From Anaerolineales bacterium (GTDB taxonomy: Bacteria; Chloroflexota; Anaerolineae; Anaerolineales; Villigracilaceae), in assembly GCA_036394895.1 (NCBI GenBank), contig DASWEH010000541.1:1-34900 (forward strand): a stretch of 34,900 nucleotides of DNA, in the 5' to 3' direction. How positions within the stretch are numbered: the first letter of the stretch is position 1; the number at the start of each line of letters is the position of its first letter. A model generated the notes under the pieces. It did no database searches and was not told the origin of the DNA. It worked only from the letters and a program-made list of their open reading frames with translations. This document shows, piece after piece, positions 17,113 through 25,808 of this stretch. The position numbers and the translations under genes were made by a program.

Positions 17113-18021
17113 TCAGGGTTGCCCACTTTGTTGCATCACCCATACTCGCAATGTCTCACCCACCGCTTGTAAACTCTCTGCTGAAACTTTATCAGGCGTA
17201 TCCTGAATGGTGTGCCAATAAGGATAATCGAAATCAATAACATCAACCGCCGGAATACCTGCTTCTAAAAAAGGCGTATGATCGTCGAGCATGGAATGCT
17301 TATATTCAGGAATAAATTTGCTTTCATACCCCAGGCCTTTGGCAGCTGCCCAAATTTCATCGGTCAGATCTGGATTGGAGTTGCGTTCCTTGTAGATATT
17401 CAAGTCTGAGTCACCAATCATATCCACGATTATGGCGGCGCGCGGCTGAATTGGGTTATTCTTCACAAATTCACGTGAACCTAGAATCCAATCCCAGCCC
17501 GCGATATTGCCATTATCTTCTGTGTCGAAAAAAACCAGCCAAACAGGAACGGTATCTTCGGGCAAGGACCGTGCAAGCCCCAGCAAAACAGCGACACCTG
17601 AGGCACCATCATTTGCGCCGGGAACATAGTTCGTGTGTTGCGTAGGGTCGGGGTCTTGATCGGCAAACATCCGTGTATCGTAATGCGCGCCGATGATGAT
17701 TTGTGGCAGTTCAGCGCCTCTCTTCGCGACGATATTTTTAACAGGATGCCCTAGCGCCTTCGATTCTTGGACTTCCCCCTGCCAGCCTGCTGATTCCAAT
17801 TCCGTCCGTATCCATTCCAGGATTTTGGCATGGCCCTCCGTCCCGGGCACTCGAGACCCGAAAGCGACTTGCGTCTGCACGTCTGCATAGGCGCGTTGAC
17901 CATCAAATGAAGTGGGGGTCGTTGTCGGCTGCGAAAGAAACGAGTAAACGTACCAACCAATCGCGCTAAGGAGTAAAACTCCAATAATCGATAAGTAAAG
18001 GACGATGGATTTTTTTGTCAC
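17113..18021 (-). CDS. Membrane-anchored M28-family zinc enzyme, glutaminyl cyclase-like
   Basis: N-terminal TM; GAHYDTR, PGANDGASG, FFDTED, VDMIG, DDH.PF, YWHT..D. Confidence 0.85.
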   Translation of the reverse strand: MTKKSIVLYLSIIGVLLLSAIGWYVYSFLSQPTTTPTSFDGQRAYADVQTQVAFGSRVPGTEGHAKILEWIRTELESAGWQGEVQESKALGHPVKNIVAKRGAELPQIIIGAHYDTRMFADQDPDPTQHTNYVPGANDGASGVAVLLGLARSLPEDTVPVWLVFFDTEDNGNIAGWDWILGSREFVKNNPIQPRAAIIVDMIGDSDLNIYKERNSNPDLTDEIWAAAKGLGYESKFIPEYKHSMLDDHTPFLEAGIPAVDVIDFDYPYWHTIQDTPDKVSAESLQAVGETLRVWVMQQSGQP

Positions 18022-18032
18022 GTTAATAGGCT

Positions 18033-19403
18033 CTAACTGCTATGGACGGAAGCATGAGTAGTCAATTTTTCCCTGCTCAATGCAAGTTGTAAATCCGCTA
18101 GTGCACGTTCCGCATAGGCTTTCCCACGTTCACGCTTGCCCATTTTTGAGTCTATCTCAAGTGCTGGAAGGATGCCGAAGTTGGCTTTCATCGGCTGAAA
18201 ATCCTTGAGGTCAGCATGGGTAACGTAATGACACAACGCCCCGAGTATAGTTGTTGGAGGCAGTGTGATTAATTCCTCTTGCTGATGCAATCGTGCCGCG
18301 TTGATTCCTGCCAACAACCCTGTTGCTATATTCCCCATATAGCCTTCAACGCCTGTGATTTGGCCTGCAAAGAAAAGATCAGCCCGTTGGATGTGTTGTA
18401 ATGTCGGGCGTAAAAGTTTCGGCGAGGCAATAAACGTATTGCGATGCATTTGTCCATAGCGCATGAATTCAGCATTCTCCAAGCCCGGGATGAGCCGCAA
18501 GACGCGTCTTTGTTCTGGGTATTTGAGATTCGTTTGAAACCCAACAAGGTTATAAAGGCTTCCCGCAAGGTTGTCCTGGCGTAGCTGCACAACCGCATAG
18601 GGACGTTTGCCAGTGCGCGGGTCTCTCAGCCCAACTGGCCGCATAGGTCCAAAAGCGAGCGAGTCGATCCCACGTTCAGCGATGATCTCGACCGGTAGGC
18701 AGCCTTCAAAAAAGTGACCTGCCTTGACACCACCCTTGATCGCCTCTTCAAATGAGCGCAGTTCAATGCGTTCCGCCGTGAGAAGTGCATCAACAAACGT
18801 GTAATATTCTTCATAGGTAAGCGGACAATTAATGTAATCCCCTTCATCCTGATCACCTGTGCCATAGCGTGATGCACGGAACGCAATATCCATGTTGATC
18901 GAATCGGCGTGAATGACGGGTGCAATGGCATCGAAAAAGAAAAGGTGTTCTTCACTACTCAACGCGGCGATGGATTTTGAAAGTGCTGGAGAGGTAAGAG
19001 GTCCACTGGCAATGATCGTTGGCGTTTTCGGAATATCTATTACCTCTTCACGAAGGATTTGAATGTTTGGATGATTTTCAATCCGCTTCGTGACAAGCTG
19101 CGCGAAGAGTTCTCGGTCAACGGCAAGAGCACCACCTGCAGGCAGGCAGGCGGACTCCGCACATTCCAGTAACATGGAGCCTAAAAGACGCATTTCGTTT
19201 TTGAGCAAGCCGGAGGCACGGTCGGGCAGGTTCGAGCCGAGGGAATTCGAACAAACGAGTTCAGCCAGATCGTGTGTCTGATGCGCTCCTGTTTGCACGG
19301 AAGGACGCATTTCGTAGAGCCAAACCTTAAGTCCGCGCTGGGCAGCCTGGAAAGCTGCCTCGCTTCCCGCCAGACCACCCCCGATTACGATTAAATCAGT
19401 CAT
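18033..19403 (-). CDS. trmFO: Folate/FAD-dependent tRNA (uracil-54) methyltransferase TrmFO
   Basis: [33 protein letters not shown]...[30 protein letters not shown]. Confidence 0.97.
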   Translation of the reverse strand: MTDLIVIGGGLAGSEAAFQAAQRGLKVWLYEMRPSVQTGAHQTHDLAELVCSNSLGSNLPDRASGLLKNEMRLLGSMLLECAESACLPAGGALAVDRELFAQLVTKRIENHPNIQILREEVIDIPKTPTIIASGPLTSPALSKSIAALSSEEHLFFFDAIAPVIHADSINMDIAFRASRYGTGDQDEGDYINCPLTYEEYYTFVDALLTAERIELRSFEEAIKGGVKAGHFFEGCLPVEIIAERGIDSLAFGPMRPVGLRDPRTGKRPYAVVQLRQDNLAGSLYNLVGFQTNLKYPEQRRVLRLIPGLENAEFMRYGQMHRNTFIASPKLLRPTLQHIQRADLFFAGQITGVEGYMGNIATGLLAGINAARLHQQEELITLPPTTILGALCHYVTHADLKDFQPMKANFGILPALEIDSKMGKRERGKAYAERALADLQLALSREKLTTHASVHSS

Positions 19404-19409
19404 AAATTG

Positions 19410-19418
19410 ATTTTACCA
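19410..19418 (-). promoter_or_regulatory. Extended -10 box for leaderless-type trmFO transcript
   Basis: Minus strand TGgTAAAAT-caattt-ATG; no SD. Confidence 0.6.
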
Positions 19419-19455
19419 TTGCGCTGATTAAGCTCAGGGTTGGGTGAAGGGCAGT

Positions 19456-19687
19456 AGGGCTTTCTCAAAGTAATGTCAGACAGGTGTTTTGAACCGCCAC
19501 ACCCCCTCGTACCGTCCGCCAGGACAGGTGTGCCCTGGCGGACGGTACGAGGGAGACCGCGAAGCACACGAAGAAAAACCTGTTAAGCCTTGGCGCTCTC
19601 ACCTGCACTTGCGTGCGGTGCAAGTGTTGCGTGCTTCGCGGTTTACTGTTCTTAAGTCCAGCCAAGTCTCGACTTTGAGAAAGCCCT
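19456..19687. mobile_element. MITE-like non-autonomous element with nested palindromic repeats
   Basis: Perfect 16-bp terminal inverted repeats AGGGCTTTCTCAAAGT (19456-19471) and ACTTTGAGAAAGCCCT (19672-19687); internal 20-bp, 12-bp and 7-bp stems; no credible coding capacity; no clear target-site duplication. Confidence 0.65.
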
Positions 19688-19728
19688 CGAAGGGCGGAAG
19701 CGTTCTCGCGTCTAAAGTATCTCTGCTG

Positions 19729-19734
19729 TATAAT
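19729..19734 (+). promoter_or_regulatory. -10 box for leaderless-type transcript of the HK-HK-RR operon
   Basis: TATAAT-taaaggg-ATG(19742). Confidence 0.55.
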
Positions 19735-19741
19735 TAAAGGG

Positions 19742-22366
19742 ATGCCAACTCTTCCGACAATCGAGAATCAGCTAAAAGAAGCTAGTCAACTGACGAATGC
19801 CGTTTGGGCGGCGCTGGTGGAGCGTGAGGCGGGCAAATGGCGCGTGCTTGCCAATTATCGTCTTGCCAAAAAGACTCATCCGGCGCTGGTAAAGTTTCTT
19901 AGCAAGACGGAGGTAGATTCATGGCTAAGCGGGGCGCTCAGTGGCGGCCAAAGCCGTTCAGCCTCCCTCCCTGAGTCCAGCAAGCTGGAGGCAGGCAGGT
20001 TGTTTGCATTTCCTCTTCTTGGAGGGTCGCGTGTGGTTCTAGTGGGGGCAAGTCAATTAACCAACGAATCACAACGCTTATGGCGCCTGGTCATTTCCGC
20101 AATGCAGATGGAAGTTCCCTCTGTTGATTTTTCTCCTTCCTCTTCCGTTGCGGCATCGTTACTGGTGCCCGACCTGGATTCCGAAAGTCCCTACGATATG
20201 CCGCGCGCATTGGGTCGCGCGCTTGCCTCTTTTGTGCGTCTTGTTTCTGTGCAAGGAGGCTGGTTGGCCGTACGTCGTGGTGACACGCTCGAGATCCATG
20301 CGCAATGGAATGCGCCTGCCTGTGAAAATCTCATCCTTTCTATGGATGGGAATACAATTTTGCGCCGCTTGAGTCGCAACCTTACGTCAATGGTTGTCCA
20401 CCGCGACAATCCACTGTGGGCCGAGATTCCACATAAAGGCTTGAAATCGAGTACGAAGTTATGGATCTGCGTACCGCTAATCATCGGGCAACGCCTGATT
20501 GGTGTACTGGCTTTATGGCGGACGGCTGCTTTTAAGAACGATGAGTGGAATCGCTTGATGGACATGACGACTCAAATCGCACCAGCCATTGAAACAATTA
20601 TTACGTTCGCAGAAATGGCAGGTCATTTGCGTCGTCTAGCCATATTGAATGATTTCGCTCTCACTGTTTCTTCGGGCCGCAATCTTGACCAAATTGCGCG
20701 CCACATGTTTGCATTGCTCTCGCGTGCGTTTGGCACTGAACTCATCATCCTTTATTTGCTTTCCTCCGATAATCGTCTGTTGAGTGAATATCGTACCAGT
20801 GAAGGCAATATGATTGCATCCGTACAGAATGCGCAGAAGCACAGAATTGCTGCCTTGCTTAACAGCAACCAATTAATGCGATTGGGCGAAATTGCGGCCG
20901 ATATTCAATTACCGTTGTATAACAAAGTCTTATCAGGCTTGTACGTCCCTTTGCGTTTCCGGGGGCAGACCATTGGGATACTCTGTGTCGAAAGTTTAAT
21001 AAGCGACGCATTTAATCTGTATGATGAAAATTTGATGGTTGTGATTGCCAGCCACCTTGCCAGTCTTGCCGATTACACACGTTTGCGTGAAGAAGCCGAA
21101 GGCCGCGCCCGTAACCTTGGGCTTATCCATGAAGTCGTTCAACAGGTCATTGGACTTACCAATCCTCATGAGGTAGCTGAGATCACCTCGGAACTGCTGG
21201 CCCGGTATTTTGCCTATGAACTTTGTTCGGTCTTCATCGCCGATGAACGGGGAGACTTAACGATTGGTGGCTTTGGCGGTACGAGTCAAAACGTTGTGAA
21301 ACGTGCCATAAAATCCTTTGAGTACCCGCTCAGCGGTGGGATCACAGGTTATGTTTTTGAGACTGGTGAGAGTATCGTGGTAAACGATGTATTGCAGGAT
21401 AGCCGTTATCGTTCCATCAAGGGCTGGCAGGCAGGTTCTGAGATGTGTGTGGCGATCCGCGAGGGAGAAAAAATTCTGGGAATCGTGGATGTGGAAAGTA
21501 GCTCACGCAATGCCTTCACCCACAACGATTTCATCGCTATGGAATCTCTTGCTGGGATTCTTGCCACTGTGATTACCAGTGCCGATCAATATCAGAGACT
21601 GCAGATCATGATCAGTCAATTAAGTTCCACACAGGTAGAGTTGCAGGCCCGTATGGAGGCGCAACGTTCTGCAGAGAATCGTCTTGTGCAGGCTGCAAAA
21701 CTTGCGGCGGTGGGCGAAATGGCCGCAGGCATTGCGCACGAGTTGAATAACCCGTTGACTTCCGTCACTGGCTTTGCAGAATTAGCTCTGGCTGACATTC
21801 CAAAAGATAGTGAAACCCGCAAAGATTTGGAGATCGTTATGCGTGAGGCGGTCCGGGCAAGAGATGTAGTGCGCCGTCTTCTCGATTTTGCGCGGCAAGG
21901 CGAAAGCGCCCGCGTGCGCGCCTCATTGAATGAAGTGGTCGAGGATGTCGTTGCGTTGAGTCGTCACCTTATTCGTACCAGTGGCGTGACATTAAAGCTT
22001 GAGCTTGAAAAAAATATTCCCTGGATTTTGGTGGACGTAAATCAGATGAAACAAGTATTGCTCAATCTGATTCATAATGCTTTGCAGTCCATGCCGTCTG
22101 GCGGTGAAATGAGCATTGCAACAGAGTCAGCCTCTCGCGATGGGCGAGATTGGATCATCGTTTCTGTTTGTGATACAGGTGTGGGAATCCCGAGATTGGA
22201 TCAGGCCCGTATCTTTGAACCGTTTTATACGACAAAAGGCAATCAAGGCGGAACGGGCTTAGGACTCTCTGTCACCTATGGAATTATCACAGATCATGGC
22301 GGGCAAATAGAGGTGGAAAGCCAGCCGGGTAGTGGATCAAAGTTCACAGTGTGGTTGCCTCAATAG
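19742..22366 (+). CDS. Soluble multi-GAF sensor histidine kinase (NtrB-type HisKA/HATPase)
   Basis: Three GAF repeats (VPLIIGQRLIGVL, VPLRFRGQTIGIL, SEMCVAI..GEKILGIVDVES) plus a degenerate N-terminal one; GEMAAGIAHELNNP, NLIHNA, DTGVGI, FYTTK, GTGLGL. Confidence 0.93.
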   Translation: MPTLPTIENQLKEASQLTNAVWAALVEREAGKWRVLANYRLAKKTHPALVKFLSKTEVDSWLSGALSGGQSRSASLPESSKLEAGRLFAFPLLGGSRVVLVGASQLTNESQRLWRLVISAMQMEVPSVDFSPSSSVAASLLVPDLDSESPYDMPRALGRALASFVRLVSVQGGWLAVRRGDTLEIHAQWNAPACENLILSMDGNTILRRLSRNLTSMVVHRDNPLWAEIPHKGLKSSTKLWICVPLIIGQRLIGVLALWRTAAFKNDEWNRLMDMTTQIAPAIETIITFAEMAGHLRRLAILNDFALTVSSGRNLDQIARHMFALLSRAFGTELIILYLLSSDNRLLSEYRTSEGNMIASVQNAQKHRIAALLNSNQLMRLGEIAADIQLPLYNKVLSGLYVPLRFRGQTIGILCVESLISDAFNLYDENLMVVIASHLASLADYTRLREEAEGRARNLGLIHEVVQQVIGLTNPHEVAEITSELLARYFAYELCSVFIADERGDLTIGGFGGTSQNVVKRAIKSFEYPLSGGITGYVFETGESIVVNDVLQDSRYRSIKGWQAGSEMCVAIREGEKILGIVDVESSSRNAFTHNDFIAMESLAGILATVITSADQYQRLQIMISQLSSTQVELQARMEAQRSAENRLVQAAKLAAVGEMAAGIAHELNNPLTSVTGFAELALADIPKDSETRKDLEIVMREAVRARDVVRRLLDFARQGESARVRASLNEVVEDVVALSRHLIRTSGVTLKLELEKNIPWILVDVNQMKQVLLNLIHNALQSMPSGGEMSIATESASRDGRDWIIVSVCDTGVGIPRLDQARIFEPFYTTKGNQGGTGLGLSVTYGIITDHGGQIEVESQPGSGSKFTVWLPQ

Positions 22367-22378
22367 CGGTCGGAAACT

Positions 22379-23971
22379 ATGGAATCAATTTCAGTCCTCG
22401 TTGTAGATGACGAACCTGGCATAGCGCTCCTATGCGACCGTATCTTGAGCCGTGCCGGCTATGATGTTATCTCTGAAACAAATCCGCGCACAGCCATAGA
22501 AGATCTCCAACAAAAGCATTTTGACCTGCTTTTGGTTGATATTCGAATGCCCGAAGTAGATGGCTTTGATGTAATCTCCCGAGCCCAAATGGTTCAGCCT
22601 GATATTGCTGTCCTGGTCATGACTGGTTTTGGCACAGTCGAAACGGCCATCCGCGCGTTGCGTCAGGGCGTGGACGGTTTGCTGTTGAAACCGTTCAAGC
22701 AAAGTGAAGAACTTCTCCAAGCGGTGCGACAGGCATTGATGGATAACCAGCGCAAGCGTGATACAGCGCGCGTTTCGGCGCTGCGTCCATTATTCAATGT
22801 CACCGAAACACTCTTTGCCGAAACAAACCGGGATCGCTTGCTGGATCTCATTGTCACAGCCATATGTGATCATTTGAGTTGTTCGAATGTTGCCTACTAT
22901 CACGTTGAGGACGGGAAGGTTACTGTCGTCGCGCAACGCGGGAAAGTCCTTCAGGTGGACGCATCCAATTTTGCCGCGCAGCTTGTGAGCCGCGTGGATG
23001 CAGATGGGGATCCAATTGTAGTCAATGCAACAGGACCTGGTGAGGAGGATGCGCAATCGCTTCTTTCGACACTTCGGCTTGGTACAGCAATTCTGATACC
23101 AGTTGCACGCTCCAACCTGCATAGCGTATTTTTTGCTGCGCGGGACGTTGGCGTCGCAGAACGTCCTTTCCGAGGTGCGGATCTGGAGATGTTTTTCGTT
23201 CTGGCCCGCCAAGCTGTGGTTGCGATGGAAAACGCAAGCTTATACGCGGATTTGCGTGCCTATGTTCGCCGTGTAGAAGATTCGCAGCAAGCTTTGCTTC
23301 GAGCAGAAAAAATGGCGGCGGCTGGACGCTTAACCGCATCTATTGCGCATGAAGTCAACAATCCATTGCAGTCGGTTCAAAATTGTTTGCATCTGGCGGG
23401 TCGTGAAGATTTGCCGCCTGAGAAGCGTCAAGAATATTTTGATCTTGCAAGGAATGAACTTGAGCGGTTAATGAAAACAACGCAACGCATGTTAGATTTT
23501 TATCGTCCCGGCTCAGCCAAAGTTGAGCAGGTGGATATTTTGGAACTACTGCAACATGTTCTCAGCTTAACGGCTCAGCAGCTGGGTCAGCGTCATATTG
23601 AAGTTCAGACGGACTTACCACAATCACTCCCCGAAATTTATGCAGTTAGCAGCCAAATCCAACAAATATTTTTCAATTTGATCTTGAATGCACTGGACGC
23701 GATGCCTGCTGGTGGTAAATTGGAAATTCGGGCCCGCGAACGCGACCGTGGTGTTGAAATGACTTTTCAAGATACGGGTCCTGGCATTCCTGAAAGCAAA
23801 CGTAACGATATCTTTGAGCCATTTTTTAGTACAAAAGAAGGCGGCACGGGGCTTGGCTTGACTGTGAGTTACAATATTGTTACCGCACACGGTGGTACTC
23901 TTGATCTTGTCAATGGAAACAAGCCTGGTGCCTGCTTTCGATTATTTTTGCCTATGGGAGATAAACAATGA
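22379..23971 (+). CDS. REC-GAF-histidine kinase (N-terminal receiver hybrid)
   Basis: VLVVDDE...VDIRMP...MTG...LLKP, GAF ending MENASLY, SIAHEVNNP, DTGPGI, GTGLGL. Confidence 0.93.
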   Translation: MESISVLVVDDEPGIALLCDRILSRAGYDVISETNPRTAIEDLQQKHFDLLLVDIRMPEVDGFDVISRAQMVQPDIAVLVMTGFGTVETAIRALRQGVDGLLLKPFKQSEELLQAVRQALMDNQRKRDTARVSALRPLFNVTETLFAETNRDRLLDLIVTAICDHLSCSNVAYYHVEDGKVTVVAQRGKVLQVDASNFAAQLVSRVDADGDPIVVNATGPGEEDAQSLLSTLRLGTAILIPVARSNLHSVFFAARDVGVAERPFRGADLEMFFVLARQAVVAMENASLYADLRAYVRRVEDSQQALLRAEKMAAAGRLTASIAHEVNNPLQSVQNCLHLAGREDLPPEKRQEYFDLARNELERLMKTTQRMLDFYRPGSAKVEQVDILELLQHVLSLTAQQLGQRHIEVQTDLPQSLPEIYAVSSQIQQIFFNLILNALDAMPAGGKLEIRARERDRGVEMTFQDTGPGIPESKRNDIFEPFFSTKEGGTGLGLTVSYNIVTAHGGTLDLVNGNKPGACFRLFLPMGDKQ

Positions 23972-24702
23972 AGTCGCATATTCTTGTTGTTGATGATGAG
24001 CCTGTTGCGCGCCAATCACTGACCGATATCCTTCGGCTAGAGGGTTACACAGTGAACTCCGTGCCAAATGGACAGGCTGCGGTAGAGTATGTTCGCACGC
24101 ATCCTGTCGAATTAATCATTGTTGACCTGCGCATGCCGGGTATGGATGGGCTGGAGGTTGTTCAGGTGGTTAACCAGATCTCGCCCGAAACGGAGGTCAT
24201 TCTGCTAACAGCATTTGGCTCAACCGAATCTGCCGTTCAGGCATTACGCTTACGCATTCATGACTATTTGCTTAAGCCAGCTCCGCCAACCCAGGTAATG
24301 AATAGCGTTAAGAAGGGATTAGCTCGGCGTGAAGCACGTTTGAAGATGCGAGGCGGCCCTTCGACTTCAGATATTGATGAGGGGATGGCAGAGTTCTCAT
24401 TAAAAGATGGCACACATATTGACCTTTCCCGTAGGCAAGTCCGCAAAAAGGAGCAAATCATCCATTTGACTCCTGCGGAGGGGCGTCTGTTGCGCGTGCT
24501 GATCGAAAATCCGGGACGTGTCTATTCACATCGTGAATTGGTTTTGCTTGTTCAGGGATACGATACGTCTCAACGAGAGGCCCCCGAAATTTTGCGTCCG
24601 CTGGTAAGCAGGTTACGACATAAGTTGGAATCGTTCCCCTCTCTTTCTGATCGGATTATCAGTGTACGTGGTACAGGATATTTATACGAGTCTGAAAAGT
24701 AG
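23968..24702 (+). CDS. DNA-binding response regulator, OmpR/PhoB-type winged helix
   Basis: ILVVDDE, VDLRMP, LTA, YLLKP; C-terminal LTPAE..LL..L, VSRLRHKL, SVRGTGY; ATGA overlap. Confidence 0.93.
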   Translation: MKSHILVVDDEPVARQSLTDILRLEGYTVNSVPNGQAAVEYVRTHPVELIIVDLRMPGMDGLEVVQVVNQISPETEVILLTAFGSTESAVQALRLRIHDYLLKPAPPTQVMNSVKKGLARREARLKMRGGPSTSDIDEGMAEFSLKDGTHIDLSRRQVRKKEQIIHLTPAEGRLLRVLIENPGRVYSHRELVLLVQGYDTSQREAPEILRPLVSRLRHKLESFPSLSDRIISVRGTGYLYESEK

Positions 24703-24737
24703 GGAAGGCTCAGCAACTTGGCTTTGATGGCTAAATG

Positions 24738-24770
24738 ATAAACCCACCGTGAAGAATTTGGTGGGTTTAT
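24738..24770. terminator. Probable bidirectional terminator between the response regulator and EamA genes
   Basis: 11-bp stem ATAAACCCACC/GGTGGGTTTAT between convergent stops. Confidence 0.7.
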
Positions 24771-25711
24771 TCATGTTTATAAAGGTCTGCTGGAAAATCA
24801 GGTGGCTGCAACCAGCTTAGTAATCCATGGGGATGTGCGGGCTTGGACGGCGGCCTTTCGAACCAGGCCAATAAAAGGCTGATCGCTAATCCAGCGGTGC
24901 CAAGCCATTGGAGCGAAGTCAAACTTTCGCCCAAAAGCAGGTGACTGAACGAAATTGCCACAAGTAATTCACCAAGTCCAAACAAGGCGGTCTGCATGCC
25001 TCCAATATGTTTTACACCTAGGAAGAGCAGTAATCTCGAAAAGAAAGTAACTGTAGTGAGCCCCAGCACGGGAAGCCAGGGCGCATTTCCTGTGGGAAGA
25101 CTTCGATCAAAAATCAGATAGGCTGGTACCACAACCAAACTCATGGCCAGCAAGGTATAGACTGTCACGGTGGGTGCAGGGATATCGTATAATACGCGCT
25201 GATTGATGGGGAGGTGGAGTGCATACAAAGCAGCCGCGATAAGCATAAAGATTACGCCCCATACGTCAAGCTTTCCTGTTTCTACTCTCGTGAGCAGAAA
25301 TGTAGATAGAATAGCAATGACAATTCGAAACCCCGTTAGTCTTGAATGAGATTGTTTATCAAGTTGAAGCCAGAGCGCGACAAAGAAGGGATAGAGTGCA
25401 TAAAGCATTTGCGCAATGCTGGCATTCAATTTACTTAAGCCAACATAGTAAAAGATCGAACCAATCCCGTTAACTGTACCTGCCATCAAACAACCTAGAA
25501 GACCCACAGGATAAATGTAAAGGCTTCGACGTCTAAACACTGCCATAATCAGCACGAGAAGAAGGGCAGCCATGCTTGTGCGCAATGCCACCACCGCCAG
25601 AGGTGAAAATTTGCCCACTCCCATAGCGGCCTTGCCAAAGACGGGGGCCAAGCCAAGAAAGAATGCAGAGATCACCGCGGCGTTGATCCCCGGGTTTCGG
25701 CCAATTCGCAT
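24767..25711 (-). CDS. EamA/DMT family transporter
   Basis: About 10 TM helices in two repeats; AVISAFFLGLAPVFGK, VVALR, YYVGL..LNASIA.ML..LYP, LLGE.LT.LQWLG. Confidence 0.88.
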   Translation of the reverse strand: MRIGRNPGINAAVISAFFLGLAPVFGKAAMGVGKFSPLAVVALRTSMAALLLVLIMAVFRRRSLYIYPVGLLGCLMAGTVNGIGSIFYYVGLSKLNASIAQMLYALYPFFVALWLQLDKQSHSRLTGFRIVIAILSTFLLTRVETGKLDVWGVIFMLIAAALYALHLPINQRVLYDIPAPTVTVYTLLAMSLVVVPAYLIFDRSLPTGNAPWLPVLGLTTVTFFSRLLLFLGVKHIGGMQTALFGLGELLVAISFSHLLLGESLTSLQWLGTAGLAISLLLAWFERPPSKPAHPHGLLSWLQPPDFPADLYKHE

Positions 25712-25734
25712 TTTAATGATTACCTACTTATTTC

Positions 25735-25772
25735 AAATATAACGACGGGTAAGAGCAAAACCCGTCGTTGTT
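25735..25772 (-). terminator. Hairpin downstream of the ThrC-REC gene, probable terminator
   Basis: 10-bp stem AACGACGGGT (25741-25750)/ACCCGTCGTT (25760-25769), followed on the minus strand by ATATTT. Confidence 0.6.
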
Positions 25773-25808
25773 AAAAAGATGCTTCATGGTTCTGGCTGGT
25801 AACCAATT

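Noticed and set aside
19492-19643. Possible CRISPR array, tRNA or riboswitch in the structured trmFO-kinase intergenic region
   Set aside because: No direct repeat-spacer periodicity, no cloverleaf or TTCGA arm, no riboswitch consensus I can recognise, and both flanking genes look leaderless
19465-19737. ORFs 19465-19665 (-) and 19489-19737 (+)
   Set aside because: They run through the palindromic MITE-like element and the -10 box; no protein-like features
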